A DNA stretch of 41,293 nucleotides from a virus. Below, piece by piece: positions 35,113-41,293 of the stretch. The stretch is taken from UHGV virus genome UHGV-0213939; one strand, given 5' to 3'. The position numbers were made by a program, and so were the translations under genes. The notes under the pieces are model-generated. The model was not told the origin of the DNA, ran no database searches, and worked only from the letters and a program-made list of their open reading frames with translations. Position 1 is the stretch's first letter. Each line of letters begins with the position of its first letter.

Positions 35113-35718
35113 ATGAGCAAAGAATTTTACGCAAGACTGGCAGCTATTCAGGAGAATCTGAACGCGCCAAAGAATCAGTACAACTCATTCGGTAAATATA
35201 AATACAGAAGCTGCGAAGATATTCTTGAAGGCGTTAAGCCGTTACTGAATGGCCTGTTTTTATCAATCAGCGATGAAGTTGTGTTGATTGGTGATCGGTA
35301 TTATGTGAAAGCCACGGCAACTATTACCGATGGCGAAAACAGTCATACGGCAACCGCTCTTGCACGAGAGGAAGAAAGCAAGAAAGGAATGGATTCTGCA
35401 CAAGTTACGGGAGCTACAAGCTCTTATGCACGCAAGTATTGCCTCAATGGTTTGTTCGGCATTGATGATGCGAAAGATGCAGATACCGACGAGCATAAAC
35501 ATCAGCAGAACGCAGCAGCAAAGCAATCAAAACCATCACCTACACCTGAACAGGTTCTAAAAGCATTCACTGACGCAGCAATGCAGAAAAACACCGTAGA
35601 AGAGCTTAAACAGGCGTTCGCCAAAGCGTGGAAGATGCTCGAAGGTACACCGGAGCAGCACAAAGCGCAGGACGTTTACAACATCAGACGAGACGAATTA
35701 GAAGGGGCAACTGCTTAA
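35113..35718 (+). CDS. erf: ERF-family single-strand annealing recombinase
   Basis: MSKEFYARLAAIQENLNAPKNQYNSFGKYKYRSCEDILEGVKPLLNGL.. resembles the P22 Erf N-terminal domain from memory. The ORF track extends the start to 35083. Confidence 0.7.
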   Translation: MSKEFYARLAAIQENLNAPKNQYNSFGKYKYRSCEDILEGVKPLLNGLFLSISDEVVLIGDRYYVKATATITDGENSHTATALAREEESKKGMDSAQVTGATSSYARKYCLNGLFGIDDAKDADTDEHKHQQNAAAKQSKPSPTPEQVLKAFTDAAMQKNTVEELKQAFAKAWKMLEGTPEQHKAQDVYNIRRDELEGATA

Positions 35719-36101
35719 TGGCACACTCGATTACTGTAAGACTAAACAAGCCAGCAAGAGAGTTTCAGGCCGGGGAAAATATCGGATTCAATATCCGTGC
35801 TGGCGTTCAGTATTACGATCGCCAGACAAAAAAGAAAGAATGGACAAACTACAGCGCCGTTGTATTTGCCAAGCCGGGAGCGCAAGCGGATTACTACCGT
35901 AGTATTCTTGTTGAAGGTGGCATTGTAGAAATTACCGGAGAAAACATCAGGGTTGATGTTTATCAGGGGCAAAATGGTCAATCAATCACTCTTGAATTAC
36001 TGAATGCAAAGATTGGATTTGCAACATCAGGAAACTGCCAACAGCAACAAAGTAGCAATCATCAAAATCATCCTGAATACGATGATTCAATTCCCTTCTA
36101 A
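35718..36101 (+). CDS. SSB-like single-stranded DNA-binding protein (OB fold with acidic C-terminal tail)
   Basis: Start MAHSITVRLNK.. overlaps the erf stop (TAATG). C-terminus ..PEYDDSIPF mimics the E. coli SSB tail (..DDDIPF). Confidence 0.6.
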   Translation: MAHSITVRLNKPAREFQAGENIGFNIRAGVQYYDRQTKKKEWTNYSAVVFAKPGAQADYYRSILVEGGIVEITGENIRVDVYQGQNGQSITLELLNAKIGFATSGNCQQQQSSNHQNHPEYDDSIPF

Positions 36102-36124
36102 ATTAGCAATATAAGGATTCCATT

Positions 36125-36418
36125 ATGCCAGCGCCTATGTATGGTGCGGATGACCCGCGCCGCTGTTCCGGCAAATCAGTATCGGAGGTGCTGGATAAAT
36201 TCAGAAAAAACTACGACCTGATAATGTCGCTACCGCAGGAAACGAAAGAGGAAAAGGAATTTCGTCATTGTATATGGCTTGCAGAGAAAGAAGAACGCGA
36301 GCGAATTTACCAGACATCAATCCGACCATTCCGTAAAGCCACATATACCCACTTCCCTGAAATTGACCCACGCCTGCGTAATTACCGCTCACGCTATGGC
36401 GCTATCAGTAATGACTGA
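36125..36418 (+). CDS. Hypothetical protein (97 aa)
   Basis: ORF in the co-directional early-left array; no family recognised. Confidence 0.5.
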   Translation: MPAPMYGADDPRRCSGKSVSEVLDKFRKNYDLIMSLPQETKEEKEFRHCIWLAEKEERERIYQTSIRPFRKATYTHFPEIDPRLRNYRSRYGAISND

Positions 36419-36593
36419 GGAATTTACCATGAGAGGACTTGCATACAATCCCGGCATTCTTCCGGCAGAAATGATTATTCGCCAACGCGTAAAGCCAATG
36501 CCATCGAGAGAGGAATTGCTTAAGAGAAATTCTTTTCCTTCAGTGAATCAAAACAAATATCTGAATGCGATGTGGCGGAGTGGGAAGAAATGA
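36411..36593 (+). CDS. Possible small protein (60 aa)
   Basis: Start [15 protein letters not shown].. overlaps the stop of the previous ORF; the ORF track shows a longer frame from 36279. Confidence 0.35.
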   Translation: MTEEFTMRGLAYNPGILPAEMIIRQRVKPMPSREELLKRNSFPSVNQNKYLNAMWRSGKK

Positions 36594-37297
36594 AACAAAT
36601 GTCACTAATTGAGATGGATGGTTTTCTGAAAGGTAAATGCATCCCACGTGATTTAAAGGTTAACGAAACAAACGCTGAATATCTTGTCCGTAAGTTCGGT
36701 GAACTTGAATCAAAACTCAACGAGCAACGCGAGTATTACGAGGGAGTAATCGCGGATGGAAGTAAGCACATAGCAGAACTGGAAAAACAATGCGCCGAAT
36801 GGGAGCGAAAAGCATTAAGCAACTTTGAAGAGTGTGCTGCGATGGCTGAACGTATCGAAGAGTTGCAGACAAAATCTGCACCAGATTCGTTTGGCATCAT
36901 CGGTGAAAATATTCGAACACAGGATAATCGAATAACGTCAGACCCTATGTTTTGTGTGTATCAAAAGCGCGAAATCGTTGTTGATGCTGATTATGACTAT
37001 GACCGGATTGTCTGGGTTGATGAAGATGGCAATGAAGCAAATAAACGCCAAAGTCGTCGTCTCGAACTACTTCATGAAAACTTTCGAGAACCACCAGAAA
37101 AATGGCGGCGCGTTGCTGTGAAAGATATTGATGAGTTCGTTACTTGCTGTTTCACCGAACAGGGGTGTAAAGACTACCTGGCAGCCAATGGTCACAATCT
37201 TCGCTTGCCATTTATATATGTAAAAAGCGGTTTCAGAAACGCTGAATATATCGGCATCAGAAACTGGCTTGCTGGCATTCGCATCAAAGGAGAGTGA
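36572..37297 (+). CDS. Ead/Ea22-like protein
   Basis: 241 aa with coiled-coil N-terminal half and a C-terminal segment (..[27 protein letters not shown]..) typical of lambdoid Ea22-like proteins as I remember them. Confidence 0.55.
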   Translation: MAEWEEMKQMSLIEMDGFLKGKCIPRDLKVNETNAEYLVRKFGELESKLNEQREYYEGVIADGSKHIAELEKQCAEWERKALSNFEECAAMAERIEELQTKSAPDSFGIIGENIRTQDNRITSDPMFCVYQKREIVVDADYDYDRIVWVDEDGNEANKRQSRRLELLHENFREPPEKWRRVAVKDIDEFVTCCFTEQGCKDYLAANGHNLRLPFIYVKSGFRNAEYIGIRNWLAGIRIKGE

Positions 37298-37298
37298 G

Positions 37299-37487
37299 GT
37301 GAACGGACAAATATCAATTATTCGCCCTGGCGCTTGTGACGAAGAGATAAGGCTGATTATCCGCCTTGCGATGGGTAGAACAATAGCTGCTCTCATTACT
37401 CCAGAAAATCTCGCATTAGCATTAACCGGAAAGTCAGACCTGCCAGTAGAGCTAAAGCTGCGAAATGTTGAGATTAAGGTGAAATAG
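37299..37487 (+). CDS. Hypothetical protein (about 62 aa, probable GTG start)
   Basis: AGGAGAG RBS followed by GTG; the ORF track lists 37269..37487. Confidence 0.4.
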   Translation: MNGQISIIRPGACDEEIRLIIRLAMGRTIAALITPENLALALTGKSDLPVELKLRNVEIKVK

Positions 37488-37489
37488 CT

Positions 37490-38206
37490 ATGACCACTAT
37501 TACCAAAGAACGTGCGGAGATTAAATCATTCATCAATGGTTTCCTGAGCGACCGGGCGCACGATAACCAATCTTCAAACAGCCTGCTTGCCAATGTGTTT
37601 CGTATCGCGCTGGCATCGCTGGTAGCAGAACCGGTGGCATATCAGTATCGCCAGTGGGATGCAGAATATGATGAATGGGGAGAATGGGAAGATTGCGGGG
37701 AATATGCTTTCGAAAGATTTGTTGAGGAAGAGAAATGCCAGGGGGCAGGTGTTCAGACCCGTAAGCTATACGCCACGCCGCCAATGCTGGTAGTGCCGGA
37801 TGAACGGGCTGCCTATGAGTTATTTATGGAGAAGCATTTCGGGGATTCTGTAGATCGCCGCAGGGCAAAAAATGGCGATAGCGAATACATGGCATGGGAT
37901 ATGGCGATTGGCTGGATTATCTGGTGTCACCGCGCCGCTATGTTTCAGGCCGGAAACTTTCGGGAAAATAAGAATTCGTCAACCAGCTCCCCGGCAACTA
38001 AGGATGGTTGGATAAGCTGTAGTGAGCGAATGCCGGAAGAAACGGGTGACATTATTGTTGTTTCGGATGGCATTGTAATGTCCGGGATTTCTTATTCTCG
38101 TCGTGACGGGTTCTATATAGCCGCATTGGAGTACGACGACGATGAACCAATTGACGGAGTAACCCACTGGATGCCTCTACCAGAACCGCCGCAGGAGGTG
38201 AAATGA
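37490..38206 (+). CDS. DUF551-domain protein
   Basis: C-terminal ..DGIVMSGISYSRRDGFYIAALEYDDDEPIDGVTHWMPLPEPP.. is the characteristic DUF551 signature seen in lambdoid early regions. Confidence 0.55.
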   Translation: MTTITKERAEIKSFINGFLSDRAHDNQSSNSLLANVFRIALASLVAEPVAYQYRQWDAEYDEWGEWEDCGEYAFERFVEEEKCQGAGVQTRKLYATPPMLVVPDERAAYELFMEKHFGDSVDRRRAKNGDSEYMAWDMAIGWIIWCHRAAMFQAGNFRENKNSSTSSPATKDGWISCSERMPEETGDIIVVSDGIVMSGISYSRRDGFYIAALEYDDDEPIDGVTHWMPLPEPPQEVK

Positions 38207-38267
38207 TGCTTGGCCTGAAGTATTTTATGTAATTGGTATTGCTATATTTTTATCTGGGGATAAACGA

Positions 38268-38510
38268 ATGTTCTCTCTGATTCAACGTGGTCAGATATAC
38301 ACCGATAGCGCCGGCTATCCAGTAAAAATCATTCGTAGTACTGATCACTCAGTATTCTTCAAGAGGATGGATGGCTATCCTGGAAGGGTGTGCATCAGAA
38401 AATTCAATAATTTATTCGAACACATTGATCACAGAGAATATCACCAGATCCTGGCTGAAACAGAACAGGAGAACCATCTGAAAAAATTACGTGCCATGCA
38501 AAGGAGATAA
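38268..38510 (+). CDS. Hypothetical protein (80 aa)
   Basis: ORF track; no family recognised. Confidence 0.45.
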   Translation: MFSLIQRGQIYTDSAGYPVKIIRSTDHSVFFKRMDGYPGRVCIRKFNNLFEHIDHREYHQILAETEQENHLKKLRAMQRR

Positions 38511-38542
38511 ACCGGTAAAGGTGTTCGCGATAAAGGTAAATA

Positions 38543-38884
38543 TTGATGGCTAAATCAGCAGCAGAGCGCAAAGCCGCTCAGAGAGCCAGACAAGCTGCAT
38601 CTGGTGTGCGTAAGCTGGAAATTGTGCTTGATGCTCAGGAAATTGAAATGCTGGAGCGTAACTGTGCCACGCGTCGCCCCGGGCGTGCGCCTTACGAATT
38701 TGGTGAGTATATAGCGTTACTGATCCGCCAGGATGATGCACGCGTGCGCGGGCGTATAAAATCGATCAGCAGAAAACGTTGCGGTAAGTGCGGCGAGAGA
38801 GTTCCTGTAAATTCATGCCCGTGTAATGGTGACTCGCAATGCTGGGTGACTAAAGGCTGGCATGAAACGAAATTAATATTGTGA
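38543..38884 (+). CDS. Hypothetical protein with C-terminal Cys cluster (113 aa)
   Basis: Basic N-terminus and CGKCGERVPVNSCPCNGDSQC zinc-ribbon-like motif; family not recognised. Confidence 0.45.
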   Translation: MMAKSAAERKAAQRARQAASGVRKLEIVLDAQEIEMLERNCATRRPGRAPYEFGEYIALLIRQDDARVRGRIKSISRKRCGKCGERVPVNSCPCNGDSQCWVTKGWHETKLIL

Positions 38885-39005
38885 CATGTCACGAATGGAT
38901 TATGCATGATGAATTTGATGGGTTTTGAATACTGCCGCCAACTATGGCGGCTTTATTTTGCATGATACTATTACCAAAACGGTAACTATTACCAAGGTGG
39001 TTATT

Positions 39006-39599
39006 ATGCCAGCTGAACCTAAAACCTATAAACGCAAATCAACGCAATTTAAGCCACTAACAGCAATGCAGGAGGCTTATTGTCAGTCGTACATCAAAAC
39101 GCCTGAAAACCAGACTCAGGCAGCGATTAACGCAGGATTCTCTCCAAATACAGCGGCAGTTAAAGCCAGTGTTATGATGCGCGATGAACGCATTCAGAAA
39201 CGGATTGCCGAGCTGATGGAGGAACGCAACAAACGAATGCGCGTCAGTGCCGATTACGTTCTTATGCGCCTGGTGGAGATCGACCAGATGGACGTGATCG
39301 ACATCCTCAACGACGATGGGAGCCTTAAGCCAATCCGCGAGTGGCCGAAAATATGGCGCACTACGCTTAGCGGCTTTGATCTGTCATCGACCATCATGAA
39401 CATGAACGAGGATTCGATAGAGACAATCCTCAAAAAAATTAAATGGCCTGACAAGGTGAAGAACCTTGAGCTGATTGGTAAGCATGTTGATGTTAACGCG
39501 TTTAAAGAACGCCTGGATGTTAATGTGAATGTGACAATTGCAGATCGCATAGCAGCGGCCAGGAAGCGACTCAAAGAACGCCAGGATGGTAATCAGTGA
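39006..39599 (+). CDS. Terminase small subunit (second, non-lambda type)
   Basis: Start MPAEPKTYKRK.. with RBS; ..MQEAYCQSYIKTPENQTQAAINAGFSPNTA.. is a typical HTH segment of small terminase subunits. The ORF track extends to 38925. Confidence 0.6.
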   Translation: MPAEPKTYKRKSTQFKPLTAMQEAYCQSYIKTPENQTQAAINAGFSPNTAAVKASVMMRDERIQKRIAELMEERNKRMRVSADYVLMRLVEIDQMDVIDILNDDGSLKPIREWPKIWRTTLSGFDLSSTIMNMNEDSIETILKKIKWPDKVKNLELIGKHVDVNAFKERLDVNVNVTIADRIAAARKRLKERQDGNQ

Positions 39600-41071
39600 C
39601 AGATACAGCGTTATCTCCTGAAGAGCAGTTAATCGAGGATATTGCAGGGTTCACTCACGATCCGCTTGGCTATGCCCTCTATGCGTTCCCGTGGGGGGAA
39701 GAGGGGACTGAACTGGCACATGCTACCGGCCCACGTCAGTGGCAGGCTGATGCGTTCCGAGAGATACGTGATCACCTGCAGAATCCAGAGACGCGCTATC
39801 AGCCGCTTATGTTGGCACGCGCTTCTGGTCACGGTATTGGTAAATCCGCATTCATCTCAATGCTGATCAACTGGGGCATGTCCACTTGCGAGGATTGTAA
39901 GGTCGTGGTGACCGCCAACACCGACAACCAGCTACGAACGAAGACCTGGCCGGAAATTATCAAGTGGTCGAACCTTGCTATCACGAAAGACTGGTTTACC
40001 TGTACCGCTACCGCGATGTACAGCAATGACCCTGGGCACGACAAGCGGTGGCGGGCTGACGCAATACCCTGGTCTGAGCACAACACTGAGGCATTCGCCG
40101 GACTACACAACGAGCGCAAACGCATCATCGTGGTATTCGATGAAGCGTCGAACATTGCGGATCTGGTGTGGGAAGTTGCTGAGGGTGCGCTTACGGACGA
40201 AGACACTGAGATTATCTGGGTGGCGTTCGGAAACCCTACACGTAACACCGGGCGTTTTCGCGAATGTTTCCGCAAATATAAACACCGCTGGAAAACTGCG
40301 CAGATTGACAGCCGGACGGTGGAAGGCACTAACAAACAGCAGTTGCAGAAATGGGTTGATGACTACGGGGAAGACAGCGACTTCGTTAAAATCCGTGTGC
40401 GCGGCATATTCCCGGATGCATCTGAATTGCAGTTTATCCCTACCGGCCTTACTGACGAGGCAATGAAACGGGTGGTAACCGCTGCGCAGGTTGCACATGC
40501 TCCGGTGATAATCGGCGTTGACCCGGCATACTCCGGCGTTGATGACGCTGTGATATACCTGCGGCAGGGGCTGCACAGTAAGGTGCTGTGGACTGGCAAC
40601 AAGACCACTGACGATCTGATTATGGCGAAGCGTATCGCTGACTTTGAAGACCAGTACCAGGCTGACGCAGTGTTCATCGACTTCGGTTACGGAACTGGTC
40701 TGAAGTCAATCGGTGATGGCTGGGGTCGTACATGGCAACTTGTTCCGTTCGGTGGCGCGTCTACTGACCCGCAGATGCTCAACAAGCGTGGGGAGATGTT
40801 CAACTCATGCAAGACATGGCTGAGGCTGGGCGGCATGCTGGATGACCAGGAAACAGCGGACGACCTGTCTGCGGCAGAGTACAAAGTTCGAGTGGACGGT
40901 AAAATCGTTATCGAACCGAAGGAAGATATCAAGGAGCGGCTTGGGCGTTCTCCTGGTAAAGGCGATGCGCTACTGCTGACGTTTGCGTTCCCTGTGTCGA
41001 AGCGCCTGCGAATTCCTGGGCTGCAGAACCAGCAGGGCAGGGCAATCATGGATTACGACCCGTTTGCTTAA
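39596..41071 (+). CDS. Terminase large subunit (second, non-lambda type)
   Basis: 491 aa; Walker A-like ARASGHGIGKS, Walker B IIVVFDEAS, C-terminal nuclease-like domain (VIIGVDPAYSG). GTG start overlaps the TerS stop. Confidence 0.8.
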   Translation: MTDTALSPEEQLIEDIAGFTHDPLGYALYAFPWGEEGTELAHATGPRQWQADAFREIRDHLQNPETRYQPLMLARASGHGIGKSAFISMLINWGMSTCEDCKVVVTANTDNQLRTKTWPEIIKWSNLAITKDWFTCTATAMYSNDPGHDKRWRADAIPWSEHNTEAFAGLHNERKRIIVVFDEASNIADLVWEVAEGALTDEDTEIIWVAFGNPTRNTGRFRECFRKYKHRWKTAQIDSRTVEGTNKQQLQKWVDDYGEDSDFVKIRVRGIFPDASELQFIPTGLTDEAMKRVVTAAQVAHAPVIIGVDPAYSGVDDAVIYLRQGLHSKVLWTGNKTTDDLIMAKRIADFEDQYQADAVFIDFGYGTGLKSIGDGWGRTWQLVPFGGASTDPQMLNKRGEMFNSCKTWLRLGGMLDDQETADDLSAAEYKVRVDGKIVIEPKEDIKERLGRSPGKGDALLLTFAFPVSKRLRIPGLQNQQGRAIMDYDPFA

Positions 41072-41076
41072 AGTGA

Positions 41077-41293
41077 CTATAATTCATCATTGCGAGCATT
41101 AACCTTATTGGTTTTATAGTCTCTCTTTTTTTGGGTTGTTAATGTTTTGTTGATTTCGTCAAAATATAGTTCTACACCTTTATTAAATTCTAGTGTATAT
41201 GCTCCGTTAACACTTACTGGTTTTATTAATGATGGGTATCTAGTGTGATTGTGCCTAATTGAGTTTTCAGTGATTTCATTCCGTTTCTTTAAT
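41077..41293 (-). CDS. C-terminal fragment of a very AT-rich gene entering from beyond the right edge
   Basis: Manual translation of the minus strand gives a 71-codon stop-free frame (..NSIRHNHTRYPSLIKPVSVNGAYTLEFNKGVELYFDEINKTLTTQKKRDYKTNKVNARNDEL) ending at a TAG stop (plus-strand CTA at 41077-41079). A stop-free run of this length is unusual in such AT-rich DNA. Confidence 0.35.
   Translation of the reverse strand, partial: LKKRNEITENSIRHNHTRYPSLIKPVSVNGAYTLEFNKGVELYFDEINKTLTTQKKRDYKTNKVNARNDEL

Overview
This window is almost entirely a lambdoid (lambda-like) prophage or phage genome, read by eye from the sequence and ORF track; no searches were run. The minus strand carries a complete lambda-type late region in canonical order: Nu1, A, W, B, C, D, E, FI, FII, Z, U, V, G/T, H, M, L, K, I, J, then a side tail fibre. 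A lambda-like cos site sits upstream of Nu1 (cohesive-end sequence at 21579-21590). Further right on the minus strand are the lysis cassette (S, R, Rz/Rz1), two tRNA genes, an 82/933W-type Q antiterminator, a nin region (ninB-ninH, rusA, ybcO-like), a DnaB-type helicase and an O-like initiator with internal ori iterons, then cII and cro. The immunity region is phage-434-type: cI on the plus strand, cro on the minus strand, and 14-bp ACAA-N6-TTGT operators at both OR and OL. Downstream of cI on the plus strand lie nutL, N, ral, cIII-like, kil-like, an Erf-type recombinase, an SSB-like protein and several Ea22/DUF551-type accessory genes. No integrase or excisionase is present; instead the right end carries a second, unrelated terminase pair (TerS/TerL) followed by a very AT-rich convergent ORF. 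The strongest candidate for an undescribed system is an AT-rich two-gene cargo cassette between cos and Rz (21814-23443): a 355-aa protein of unknown family converging on a 206-aa protein with a PD-(D/E)xK-like nuclease signature. A second candidate is a small secreted protein translationally coupled to cI in the position where lambda carries rexAB.
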